Source: Thermoplasmata archaeon (GTDB taxonomy: Archaea > Thermoplasmatota > Thermoplasmata > Lutacidiplasmatales > UBA184). Taken from it: 64,000 nucleotides of DNA. The notes under the pieces were generated by a model. The model had not been told where the DNA came from. It was given only the letters and a program-made list of their open reading frames with translations, and ran no database searches. Location: contig JAKIWQ010000002.1 in NCBI GenBank assembly GCA_022749935.1, forward strand, positions 2,480-66,479. The letters are read 5' to 3'. Below, piece by piece: positions 27,722 to 36,922 of the stretch. The position numbers and the translations under genes were made by a program. Position 1 is the first letter of the stretch. Each line of letters begins with the position of its first letter.

Positions 27722-29136
27722 CCTCTGCCTCCCCGACGCGGGGGTCCCGAGGTCAGGGCGCGCGCACCGCGGTTGCTTCGGGATCGACGCGTCCGTGCGT
27801 GGGGGATCTGGAACATATGGTAGGGGATGGGGAGCAGGAGGGCTCCGCCCACAAGGACCGTCACCGCGGCCACCGTGTAGGCGAGGTGAACGCCGTAGGT
27901 CGCGTACAGGTATCCCCCGAGGAGGACCCCGAGGAGTCCACCAGCGCCGGCGAACGCGTTGTACAATCCAAGCGCGCGGCCCCGGGCCGAGCGCCCGACC
28001 AAGCGCACGAGGAACAGGGTGCTCGCGGTACTGATGAACGCCCAGGTGACGCCGAGCAGAGCGTTCAGCACGGTCAACCAGCCGAGCAGGGCGGGAGTCC
28101 CCAGACCGAGGAGGACGTACAGAGGTCCCCAGAGGAACAGGAGCAGGAGCGCGACCCGAGCGCCGAGCGATTGGAGGAACACCGACTTCGGAGAATGCGC
28201 GTCGACCGCCTTCCCCGAATGAAAGAAGAGGGCGGTCGACGCGGCCGCCGAGCCGAGATAGACGATGAACACACCGGCGTTCGAGAATCGTGCGCCTTGC
28301 GAGAGGAATACCGGGAACGGCCCGTAGAAGATGTCGAACCCCACACTCATCACCGCGAGCGCGGCGAGGAAGAGGTACTCCCGTCCCGGCAGACGGTCCG
28401 ACGTCGAGCGGGTCAGGTCGATGATCCCCACGACGCGCAACCGGACCTGACGGATCCGCTCGACCACGCCACGGTGCAGATGGACGAGGTCGGACACGGT
28501 CCGCCGGTCGATCCGCGTCGCAGGTTCCTCGATCCACGCCCACGCGACGACCGCCGAAAGGAGGGCCAGTACTCCGGACAGGATCAGCAATCCGGTCATG
28601 ACCTGGATCGCCGGGGACGCCAGTCCCACGACGAACAGCCACACGAACCCGAGTGCGAGCCCGGCGGTCGTGCCGAGTCCCGAAATGAGCCCGAAGAGGC
28701 CGATGTCTTGGGGCCACCAGCGCTTGTGGCGGGTCTCGAGGAGGAGCATCGTACCGATCGGCGCGCTCGCGGCCGAGGCAAGGCCCTCGACTACGTTGAG
28801 CCAGAAGTAGGTCAGCAGGTCGTGCGCGAGCGCGATGAGGATGATCGCGGCACCGGTCGCCACGAACGAACCGACCAGGAAGAATTTTCGATGCGCGACC
28901 CGGTCGGAAAGATTGCCCCAGAGGATCGTGAACGGGACTTGGCTCATCGCGCTGGCTGCGATGATGATGGTGACGGCGAACGCCGAGGCACCGAAGTGCT
29001 GGAGCGCGAGCAGCGGGATCAGGGGGGTCGCGATGCCGTCGGAGATCGCGAGCGGTAAGTAGGCCAAGAACCAGAGGTCACTCGAGGACGGGCGGACGAC
29101 CGTCCGGGTCTTGACGTCGAACGACACGCGGTTCAC
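27718..29136 (-). CDS. MFS transporter
   Basis: 12 predicted TM segments and the motif GNLSDRVAHRKFF. Start set at GTG 29136 so the gene does not overlap the upstream gene's 3' end; the track ORF extends to 29292. Confidence 0.8.
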   Translation of the reverse strand: MNRVSFDVKTRTVVRPSSSDLWFLAYLPLAISDGIATPLIPLLALQHFGASAFAVTIIIAASAMSQVPFTILWGNLSDRVAHRKFFLVGSFVATGAAIILIALAHDLLTYFWLNVVEGLASAASAPIGTMLLLETRHKRWWPQDIGLFGLISGLGTTAGLALGFVWLFVVGLASPAIQVMTGLLILSGVLALLSAVVAWAWIEEPATRIDRRTVSDLVHLHRGVVERIRQVRLRVVGIIDLTRSTSDRLPGREYLFLAALAVMSVGFDIFYGPFPVFLSQGARFSNAGVFIVYLGSAAASTALFFHSGKAVDAHSPKSVFLQSLGARVALLLLFLWGPLYVLLGLGTPALLGWLTVLNALLGVTWAFISTASTLFLVRLVGRSARGRALGLYNAFAGAGGLLGVLLGGYLYATYGVHLAYTVAAVTVLVGGALLLPIPYHMFQIPHARTRRSRSNRGARALTSGPPRRGGRG

Positions 29137-29219
29137 CCGGCCGGGGAGGGAATCCCGTGGTCCGCGGGATAAAGGCTGACTTCGGTCGGCAGGCCTTCGA
29201 AATCCCGGAGGGTCCCCGG

Positions 29220-29813
29220 TTACTTCCCCTTCGGGGGCGCGGGCACGTCGAGCGTCTTCAACAGCGCCAGGTGCTCCCGCTTCGTGATCCATTCGACCCG
29301 GAGGTACTCGCGAAGGAACTCGTCACTCACTCCAAGGCGACGGGCCTCGAGGACGACGAACCGGTACGCCTCGACTTCAGTCCACCGCTCGACGTAGCTC
29401 ACGCCGGGTTCGAAGAGGTTGGCGCCCCCATGCCGCTGAAGGATGTGACAGAGCTCGTGGTAGATGTCGAGGTAGACGATGAGCGGGAGGCTTTCCCGGA
29501 AGTGGTTCTCGCCGGCGACGATGCAGTCGGCGCCGGGGGTGACGACCGGCCTCCATCGACCTCGCGCGATGGCCGGGACCTCCCAGGGAGCGACATACAT
29601 CCACATGTCCGCATCCACGAGCTCCACGTGGGTATTCTGGAAGAGACGACGGCGGACGGCCGCGTCGTGGTGGATGGTCCTCCCGGGCGGTAGCTTGTCG
29701 AGCCCCGGGAATGCCGTGAGGATCGGGTGACGCCCGATGGGGAGTTCCCGTGCGATTCGGAAGGCCGTGGGGGGTTCCGGCTCGAGGGCCGCCGTGCTCT
29801 CGACTTTTGCCAT
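29220..29813 (-). CDS. Hypothetical HExxH protein (putative zinc metallopeptidase-like)
   Basis: YLDIYHELCHILQRH contains HELCH (HExxH). No signal peptide. Family not recognised. Confidence 0.6.
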   Translation of the reverse strand: MAKVESTAALEPEPPTAFRIARELPIGRHPILTAFPGLDKLPPGRTIHHDAAVRRRLFQNTHVELVDADMWMYVAPWEVPAIARGRWRPVVTPGADCIVAGENHFRESLPLIVYLDIYHELCHILQRHGGANLFEPGVSYVERWTEVEAYRFVVLEARRLGVSDEFLREYLRVEWITKREHLALLKTLDVPAPPKGK

Positions 29814-29905
29814 CGAATCGCGGGAGCCGGGTGGGGAGAAAAAGTCACTCCCTCGGGTTCCCGCCGGACCACAAGCGGTAATCTGCCGGGGCGCGTCGTC
29901 TCCGC

Positions 29906-30862
29906 ATGGTCCGATCGGCCTCCGCTCGGCTCTCGGTCCGTGGCGTACGCATCGGCCAAGCGGAGACGGAGGAAGGGTCGAGCGGCGTCAGTGTCGCTCT
30001 GTTCGACGGCCCCACGCCCACGGTGGTCGACGTTCGAGGGGGCGCCTCGGCGACCTACGACCTCGCCTCGCTCACCCTCGACGCCACGTTCGGGAGGCGC
30101 TGGGCGATCTTCTTCTCGGGGGGGAGTCTCTTCGGGCTGGACGCGGCGGCCGGAATCCGGGACCGGATCCTCGAGACCGGCGGTGGGGTGGCGGTGTTCG
30201 AAAACCCCCATCGCATCGCTCCCGTATCGGGCGCAGCGTTGTACGACCTCCCCGGCCGACCCGGCCCCCTCCCCAACTATCGAGATCTCGGATACGCCGC
30301 CACACAGAACGCCACCGCGAAGTCGGTCCGGGTCGGGCGCGTAGGTGCAGGTACTGGCGCCTTGGTCGGTAAGTATCGTGGAAGGAGCTCGGCCATGCGC
30401 GGCGGCGTCGGGTGGGCCGAACGTCAACTCGGACGGGGGGCTCACATCGGGGCCCTGGTGGCGGTCAACGCCGTGGGAGCGGTCCGGGATCCGACCCACG
30501 GCCGATGGGTGGCGGGGGCCCGGGACTCGCACGGCCGACTGCGACCTCCCATGACTCGTGGCCCGGCGACCGGCGGGATCCTCGGGACGACTCTCGGCCT
30601 CCTGGTCACCGACCTGGAGGTGGATCGGACGGTCCTCCAAAGGATTGCGTCTATCGCTCACTCCGGACTGGGAGCCGCCATCGTTCCATTCCACAGCGCG
30701 ACCGACGGGGATTTGTTGTTCGCGGCGGCGACCGGAGTCGCCGGACCTCCCGCGAAGGAACTTCGTCCGGGGGGCACGGCCGACGCCCTCGGTTCGGTGG
30801 CCGCGGCCTGCGCGGTCGAGGCGGTCTTGACCGCCGTCCGTTCCGGAAACCGACCGAGCTAG
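29906..30862 (+). CDS. Peptidase S58 / DmpA-type (P1 family) aminopeptidase
   Basis: GVRIGQAE....GVSV.LF......VDVRGGA..T.......LSGGS.FGLDAA.G; the GAGTGA...GG.G block; and the C-terminal ATDGD.LFA motif. Confidence 0.8.
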   Translation: MVRSASARLSVRGVRIGQAETEEGSSGVSVALFDGPTPTVVDVRGGASATYDLASLTLDATFGRRWAIFFSGGSLFGLDAAAGIRDRILETGGGVAVFENPHRIAPVSGAALYDLPGRPGPLPNYRDLGYAATQNATAKSVRVGRVGAGTGALVGKYRGRSSAMRGGVGWAERQLGRGAHIGALVAVNAVGAVRDPTHGRWVAGARDSHGRLRPPMTRGPATGGILGTTLGLLVTDLEVDRTVLQRIASIAHSGLGAAIVPFHSATDGDLLFAAATGVAGPPAKELRPGGTADALGSVAAACAVEAVLTAVRSGNRPS

Positions 30863-30975
30863 CCGGCCCCGCTCGGACGCTCTTCCCTAAGACGCGTGAG
30901 CCAATTTCGGGAGACGACTCCCGCCGACGCCCGAAAGGTAAAGGAGCCCATCGCCCCATTCCCCTTCGAACCATC

Positions 30976-31236
30976 ATGGCCGCTCCGCCCCGGCGCATCG
31001 CATGGATCAGTCCCCCGCCGGAGATCTGCACCCTGTGCAAGGAGCCGCTGGGGAATCCTACGGAAGCGAGCTCATGGAACGGGAGCCCCGCCCACCGGGA
31101 TTGTGTTCGGGTGCACCTGTTGCAACGGGACCCCGCGTTTCGCGAGTCCGGGGACTCGGAGGAGACTCCTGACGAGCCCGGCGAGACGTTCGATGGGATC
31201 CTTTCCCGCGACGACGACGACCCCGAGTTCGATTGA
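30976..31236 (+). CDS. Small Cys/His protein with a strongly acidic C-terminal tail
   Basis: 86 aa from ATG 30976. CTLC-x18-HRDC zinc-knuckle-like spacing. Tail is ESGDSEETPDEPGETFDGILSRDDDDPEFD. Confidence 0.4.
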   Translation: MAAPPRRIAWISPPPEICTLCKEPLGNPTEASSWNGSPAHRDCVRVHLLQRDPAFRESGDSEETPDEPGETFDGILSRDDDDPEFD

Positions 31237-31417
31237 TCACCGTCCGGTCATCCGGGAGGGCTCGACTCTTCCCGGCCGATGCGGACGTGTGCGGGTCCGT
31301 GGGACACCCACGAGGTCTGCAGAGGTTTCGTAGTCCTTAAGAACCAGAGCCTAGTGCGCACGGGAGCTACACAGTCCGGGGGTCATCCCCCGGAGGTTGT
31401 ACGGAAGGAACCACTCG

Positions 31418-33010
31418 ATGCCCGAGGTCGTACTCACTTGCGACTGGACGCTGATGAGCAATCATCACGGCAAAGAATTCCTGGGGTTCGGCACCACCAC
31501 GCCGGCCTACATCTTCCCGGAGCGGGTCTATCAGCGGATGTTCTTCCCGACGATGCCGGTCGACGAGCATGGGTACCCCCGTGAAGCGCCCTACGGGATG
31601 CGGAAGATCGAGGCTTCGCTGATCGACGGCGGGTACGACGCTCGAATCGTCCACCCGAGTCACCTCGACAAGTACATGCCGGGCGAGGCGAAAGTGCTCC
31701 TCATCTCCGGGCACGACTACTTCGGGCTCAACCCCCCGAGCTCCACGTTTGGCGGGGTGATGAAGAAGGAGCCACTCAACTCCGTCAATTTCAAGCGAAT
31801 GCTCACCCAACCCGCGGTTGTTGCTGCTCGAAAGCAGGGCATGAAGATCATCGCGGGGGGCCCGTGTGCCTGGCAGCTCTCCCCCGCCACCCGCATGAAA
31901 CTCCCGTGGATCCAGGAGTTCCTCGACTCCTTCGGGGGCATCGACTCCGTGGTTGAAGGGGAGAGTGACATCTTCGTTCGGGACATTGTCGGGAAGGCGC
32001 TTCGGGATGAGTTCCTGCCGCCCCACGTCGTGCTCGCCGCGAAGGAAGCTCCCAAGGTCGAGCAGATCTCCTCCATCAAGTTCGCGAGCGTGAACGGCCT
32101 CATCGAGATCGGGCGGGGTTGCTGCCGCGGGTGCTCGTTCTGCTCGGTGACGACCCGACCGACCCGGTGGTACCCCCTCGAAAAGATCGAGGAGGAACTG
32201 AAGGTCAACGCCAAGGTCGGTTTCCGCAAGGGACTGCTTCACTCCGACGACGTCTACTTCTACGGCAGCCCGAACGTCATGCCGCACGAGGAGAAACTCA
32301 TCCCTCTGCTCAAGCTCGCCAAGCGGTACTACGACCAGGTCGGATGGAGCCACGTCGCTATCGCGAGCCTGATGACCAAGCCGAAACTCCTCCAGAAATG
32401 TGCCGAAGTCCTTATCGATGACAAGCAGGACTGGTGGGGCGTCGAGGTCGGTGTCGAGACCGGTTCTCCGCGGATGATCACGGCGGCCATGCCGGGCAAG
32501 GTCGCCCCCTTCAAGGCCTCCCAATGGCCCGAGCTCGTCGTCCAGGCGGCGGGCCTCATGAACGACAACCGGCTGTTCCCGGCCTGCACGTTCATCGTCG
32601 GCCTCCCTCAGGAGACCGAGGACGACGTCGCGAAGACGATCGACCTCATCGACGATCTGTGGGACTTCAAGGGGCTGCTCGTCCCGATGTTCTTCGTGCC
32701 GCTGGGGCACCTCAAGTCGCGCGACTGGTTCCGCCGGGATCGCCTTTCGCCCCTCCAGGAAGAGCTCCTGAAGCGCGCCCTCACCCACGGGGTCCGGCAG
32801 TCCAAACTGATGCTGAACGACTTCTTCGACTGGGAAGGCTCGCACACGCGGCTCTACCGCGCCGGCTTCCGCGGGTTCATCGCCTTCCTCGAGACGCTGG
32901 CCCGGATGAATGGGCTGTGGAGTCCGCCCCAACGATCCCCTCGCGAGATGCGAGACCCGAACTCGACCCCGGACCGACTGCCGATCCCGACCATTCCGGT
33001 TCGGGAGTGA
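31418..33010 (+). CDS. B12-binding-domain radical SAM protein
   Basis: C-x3-C-x2-C cluster in GRGCCRGCSFCSV. The N-terminal Rossmann-like (cobalamin-binding-type) region has LLISGHDYFG. ATG 31418 is preceded by GGAAGGAA; the track start is TTG 31397. Confidence 0.85.
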   Translation: MPEVVLTCDWTLMSNHHGKEFLGFGTTTPAYIFPERVYQRMFFPTMPVDEHGYPREAPYGMRKIEASLIDGGYDARIVHPSHLDKYMPGEAKVLLISGHDYFGLNPPSSTFGGVMKKEPLNSVNFKRMLTQPAVVAARKQGMKIIAGGPCAWQLSPATRMKLPWIQEFLDSFGGIDSVVEGESDIFVRDIVGKALRDEFLPPHVVLAAKEAPKVEQISSIKFASVNGLIEIGRGCCRGCSFCSVTTRPTRWYPLEKIEEELKVNAKVGFRKGLLHSDDVYFYGSPNVMPHEEKLIPLLKLAKRYYDQVGWSHVAIASLMTKPKLLQKCAEVLIDDKQDWWGVEVGVETGSPRMITAAMPGKVAPFKASQWPELVVQAAGLMNDNRLFPACTFIVGLPQETEDDVAKTIDLIDDLWDFKGLLVPMFFVPLGHLKSRDWFRRDRLSPLQEELLKRALTHGVRQSKLMLNDFFDWEGSHTRLYRAGFRGFIAFLETLARMNGLWSPPQRSPREMRDPNSTPDRLPIPTIPVRE

Positions 33011-33020
33011 GCCCCACCCG

Positions 33021-33560
33021 TCAGGGTTCGTCGGGCGGAAAATCCGGGAGCGGGGACTCCCGCCCGGGTCGGTGGATGGCCCGGGGGCGATACTCCGGGA
33101 CGAGAGCTCCGGTGGGTGAGCCTCGGGGCGCCTCACCTACGACCTGAAGCGTCGTCGGAGCCCCATTCCCGTCGTAGGCTCGCCAGGAACCCGGCGAGAA
33201 GGGCGACCCGAGGATGATGTGGCGTCGTCCCCAATTGCGGAACAGCCGCAGGTCCGCCTCGGAGGGGTGGAGCGCTCCGGACGGATGGGAGTGCACGGTC
33301 CCCACGACGGTCAGATCGGCCGGTAGCATGTACAGGTGAAAGTTGGCGTGGCGACGTCCGGCGGTCGTGCCCGGAAGGAGCAACAGTTCCCCGATCACTC
33401 CCGGGGGTTCGGTCCGAAGTACGCCGCCGAACTCGTTCGGATAGGCGCTCCGGGCGCTCGCGAGCGCGCTGTCGAGGGCGCGTCGGGAGATGGCGTTCGG
33501 TGCGTCCCCGAGGTGTGGCCCCCCGGGGGGACGCTTACGGTGGGGACGGAAGATGGGCAA
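33021..33560 (-). CDS. JAMM/MPN+ metalloprotease (AfJAMM/HvJAMM1-like)
   Basis: ISRRALDSALASARSAYPNEFGGVL...GTVHSHPSGALHPSEADL is the E...HxH-x7-S-x2-D JAMM motif. Start assigned to in-frame TTG 33560, overlapping the NAD kinase 3' end by 26 nt. The track start 33872 is inside nadK. Confidence 0.8.
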   Translation of the reverse strand: MPIFRPHRKRPPGGPHLGDAPNAISRRALDSALASARSAYPNEFGGVLRTEPPGVIGELLLLPGTTAGRRHANFHLYMLPADLTVVGTVHSHPSGALHPSEADLRLFRNWGRRHIILGSPFSPGSWRAYDGNGAPTTLQVVGEAPRGSPTGALVPEYRPRAIHRPGRESPLPDFPPDEP

Positions 33561-34413
33561 GGCTCCCGCCTCCGGCGCCGGGTTCTTCACTCCAGGGCAG
33601 AATCCGTTTTCCCCGCAACCGATAGAAAAAAGTGGAACCGAACCGAACGAAGGTCGCGCGGCGCGGGGAGCGGTAGACGGTGAGGGAGGCGTCCGGTGGC
33701 ATGGGGAACTCGGTCTGCCCGTCGGCGATCGCGACCGTCTCACGACCCGGAGGTACGTTCCGTACCCGGAGGGTGTGCAGCGGTTCGACCACGATCGAGC
33801 GGGCTTCGGCCCGGAACGGAGCGATCGCCGTGAGGACGAGGGCGTCCAGCCCGGGGTCGACGATAGGCCCAAAGGAACTCAGCGAATACGCGGTCGAGCC
33901 GGTCGGAGTCGCCACGATGAGGCCATCGGCCCGGATCCGGCCGGCGACCTCCCCGTCCAGCGCCACCTCGAACAGCCCCATCTTCCCCGCGCGGGCCGCG
34001 TGCACCACGTATTCGTTGGTCGCGTCCGGAAGTGGCTTCCGTTCGAGGTCGGCCCCCAGCTTCATCCTTCCTTCGAGATGGTAGAATCCGGACAGGAGTC
34101 GTTCCACCGCATCGTTGAACTCCGGCGGTTTGTCGCCGGCGACTTCGGCCAGGACGCCGAAGGTCCCGGCGTTGATCGGCAGAAGGGGCGCATCGTTCCG
34201 GCTGAGCGTGTAGAGAAACGTACCGTCGCCTCCGATGGCGACGATCACGTCGGGGCGCATCTCCGAGAGTGGTTGATGCGGGAGGTCGGGACCGAGCGCC
34301 GGGAGTTCGTCGGCGACCACGAGCTCCGCTCGACCGGCGATCCGCTCGACGAGCCGCTGCCCGAGCTCCAGGGCCCGCGGCTTGCGCGGGTTCGCCTGTA
34401 GCCCGATCTTCAT
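33535..34413 (-). CDS. nadK: NAD kinase
   Basis: IVAIGGDGTFL (GGDG), NEYVV, and ADGLIVATPTGSTAYSLS motifs. The ATG overlaps the upstream stop codon (ATGA). Confidence 0.9.
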   Translation of the reverse strand: MKIGLQANPRKPRALELGQRLVERIAGRAELVVADELPALGPDLPHQPLSEMRPDVIVAIGGDGTFLYTLSRNDAPLLPINAGTFGVLAEVAGDKPPEFNDAVERLLSGFYHLEGRMKLGADLERKPLPDATNEYVVHAARAGKMGLFEVALDGEVAGRIRADGLIVATPTGSTAYSLSSFGPIVDPGLDALVLTAIAPFRAEARSIVVEPLHTLRVRNVPPGRETVAIADGQTEFPMPPDASLTVYRSPRRATFVRFGSTFFYRLRGKRILPWSEEPGAGGGSLAHLPSPP

Positions 34414-35219
34414 CGGAGCTCGCCCACCCCGACCGATTCCGCAAAGGCCCGGTCTCCCCACGCAAAGACACTTGAACGTTGGTCCACCGTGAGCGGGAAC
34501 GCGCCGACGTCCCGTCCGGAAGCGTCCCACACTCCTCCCCCCGCCTCGGCCAGGATCCGGTACGAGGCCGCGATGTCGGTCGCCCGCAGGTTCCGGTTCT
34601 CCGGCGCGTTCTCGAAGAAGTAGGCATCCGCGCTCCCTCCCGCCACGGCGAGCATCTCCAGGGAGGCGCACCCGATGGACCGGACCCGCCGGCCCTTCCG
34701 AGCGAAACGGACCGCCCGTTCGGTCGCGTGGGTCCCGAGGTTCACGAACAACACCTCGCCCCGGGCCACCCAAGGCCGGACGCGCAGGGGCCGCCCGTCG
34801 CGCCACGCTCCTTCCCCACGGGACGCCCAGTAGGTGGTCCCCAGGTTGAGGTCCCGCACGAGACCGAACTCGACGCCCGCGAGGTCCTTCGACCCGAGCG
34901 CGAGGGAGACCGTCGAGTACGGAAGGTTTCGGAACACATTGTGACTTCCGTCGATCGGGTCGACGACGAGCGTCAGGGAGCCACCGCGCGCGACGTGCCC
35001 GATCTCCTCCGAGATCAGGTTCCAGTCGACCCCCTCCGCATCGAGCACCTTCAAGATCTCCGACTCCGCGAGGCGGTCGATCTGCTCGGTAGGGGATCCG
35101 TCCGCGCCCATCGCGACGAAGTCCCCGCGGTGGGGGGAGGTCGCCGCGTCGCGAAACACCCGATGCACCGCGACGCTGACCCGGTGGAGGATCTCGATCT
35201 CCGGTCGAAGCGAGGGCAT
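34410..35219 (-). CDS. suhB: Inositol monophosphatase-family phosphatase (IMPase/FBPase/NADP phosphatase type)
   Basis: EEIG....LVVDPIDGSHNF-like motif (LTLVVDPIDGSHNV) and the WDASG C-terminal motif. Start taken at ATG 35219; the track ORF extends to 35291. Confidence 0.85.
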   Translation of the reverse strand: MPSLRPEIEILHRVSVAVHRVFRDAATSPHRGDFVAMGADGSPTEQIDRLAESEILKVLDAEGVDWNLISEEIGHVARGGSLTLVVDPIDGSHNVFRNLPYSTVSLALGSKDLAGVEFGLVRDLNLGTTYWASRGEGAWRDGRPLRVRPWVARGEVLFVNLGTHATERAVRFARKGRRVRSIGCASLEMLAVAGGSADAYFFENAPENRNLRATDIAASYRILAEAGGGVWDASGRDVGAFPLTVDQRSSVFAWGDRAFAESVGVGELR

Positions 35220-35323
35220 GGCCACGAGACCGGGGACTGGCGTCCGCCTAAAGACCGTTCCCGGGTCGTGGGTTCCTCCCCCTTGCCGCATGACGTTAAG
35301 TGGGAGGACCCCTCGGGCGCCCG

Positions 35324-36559
35324 ATGGATTTCCAGTTCCTCGGAGGGGCTTCGCAGATCGGCTCCCTCGGCCTCGTCGTCCGAGACCAGGGGCGAACCCT
35401 CCTCTTCGATTATGGGATGACGCCTACCGACCCGCCGACCTATCCGATGCCCGTTCCGACCTCGATCGACGTGGCGGTCCTTTCCCACGCCCACCTGGAC
35501 CATTCCGGAATGACCCCCATCCTCAGTCGGCTTCCCAAGGCCCGCATGGTGGCGACCCCGGTCACGCTCGCGGTGGCGGACCTGCTCACGCGGGACGCGC
35601 TCAAGATCGCTCGGATCGAGGGGTACCTTGCGCCCTTCACGACACAGGACATCCATTCGATGACCGCCCATGCGACCGCCGTCGACCGCCACGGGACGTT
35701 CCGGCACCGTGGGATCGAGATCGAGTTCACGCCGGCCGGCCACATCCCCGGGGCCTCGATGATGCTCTACCGGGGCGCCAAGGACGTCCTCTTCACCGGT
35801 GACCTCCAGACGATTCCCACCCATCTGGTCGGTGGGGCGGAGTCGGTCGAGTGCGACGTCCTCGTGATGGAATCGACCTATGCGGGGAAGGAGCACCCGG
35901 ACCGAAAGGAGACGGAGCGGCGGTTCCGCGACAAGGTCGCCGAGACGGTCGCCCGCGGCGGCAAGGTGATCGTGCCCGCGTTCGCCGTCGGTCGGGCCCA
36001 GGAGGTCCTGATGGCACTCGCCTCCTCCGGATTCGAGACCTATCTGGACGGCATGGCCCGGGCGGTCAATTCGATCTACCTCAGCGCGCCGGAATACCTC
36101 CGCGATGCGAAGCGGTTCCGACACGCCCTCGACGGGGTCCACGTGATCGCGCATCCGAGCGACCGGAAGAAGGCGCTCCGGGACGGTCAGGTGATCGTCA
36201 CGACCGGAGGGATGTTGGACGGTGGGCCGGTCCTCTACTACATCGGCGAGATCTACCGCGACCCGAACTCCTCCATTCTGCTCACGGGGTACCAGGTGGA
36301 GGGATCGAACGGACGTCAGTTGATGGACGAAGGCACGCTCACGATCGACGACACGACCATCCGACCCGTGTGCGAGATCGGGCGGTTTGATTTTTCGGCG
36401 CACGCCGGTCACTCCGACCTCGTTCGATTCGCGGAAGCCACGCGGGCGGAGACCGTGGTCCTCATGCACGGAGACCGCCGCGAGTTGCTCCGAGACGCGC
36501 TCTCCGGGATCGTCGATGTGATCCTGCCGGCCAACGGCCCGTCGTTCACGATCACCTAG
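35324..36559 (+). CDS. MBL-fold beta-CASP ribonuclease (archaeal CPSF-like)
   Basis: HAHLDHSG motif 2, a beta-CASP insert, and the C-terminal FSAHAGHSDL and VLMHGD motifs. Alternative GTG start at 35300. Confidence 0.85.
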   Translation: MDFQFLGGASQIGSLGLVVRDQGRTLLFDYGMTPTDPPTYPMPVPTSIDVAVLSHAHLDHSGMTPILSRLPKARMVATPVTLAVADLLTRDALKIARIEGYLAPFTTQDIHSMTAHATAVDRHGTFRHRGIEIEFTPAGHIPGASMMLYRGAKDVLFTGDLQTIPTHLVGGAESVECDVLVMESTYAGKEHPDRKETERRFRDKVAETVARGGKVIVPAFAVGRAQEVLMALASSGFETYLDGMARAVNSIYLSAPEYLRDAKRFRHALDGVHVIAHPSDRKKALRDGQVIVTTGGMLDGGPVLYYIGEIYRDPNSSILLTGYQVEGSNGRQLMDEGTLTIDDTTIRPVCEIGRFDFSAHAGHSDLVRFAEATRAETVVLMHGDRRELLRDALSGIVDVILPANGPSFTIT

Positions 36560-36572
36560 GGCGGGCGCCCGC

Positions 36573-36908
36573 TTACGGCAGGTCGGCCTCGACCACGCCG
36601 TCCACGACGCGCACCGGGTAGCGCGTCAGGGGACGGACTCCCCCTTCGGGGGGCTGGATGCCGAACGGGTCTTCGAGCACCCGGCCCGTGCCGGTCTCGA
36701 AGACCGCCGAGTGGACCGGACAAGTGAGGCGCGAACCGTCGAGGACGCCCTCCGCCAACACGCCCCCCGCGTGAGGACAGTACGGGTCCACGGCGTGGAT
36801 CTCCTCGGCCCCCTTCACGAGCAGGATGGACGAACTTCCCACCCCGACCTCCCGGAGCGAATCCGGGGCGAGGGTGCCCGCGGCCACTCCCGTGGTCTTC
36901 CACGGCAT
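36573..36908 (-). CDS. Rieske [2Fe-2S] domain protein
   Basis: CPHAGG...CPVHSAVF matches the CxH...CxxH Rieske ligand boxes. 111 aa. Confidence 0.85.
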   Translation of the reverse strand: MPWKTTGVAAGTLAPDSLREVGVGSSSILLVKGAEEIHAVDPYCPHAGGVLAEGVLDGSRLTCPVHSAVFETGTGRVLEDPFGIQPPEGGVRPLTRYPVRVVDGVVEADLP

Positions 36909-36922
36909 GCTGGTGCAAGGTC

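Noticed and set aside
33480-33560. The JAMM protease first appeared to lack any start codon near its homology-predicted N-terminus
   Set aside because: An in-frame TTG at 33560 (23 codons upstream, overlapping the nadK 3' end) provides a canonical start. It is therefore not counted with the polymerase and deacetylase anomalies.
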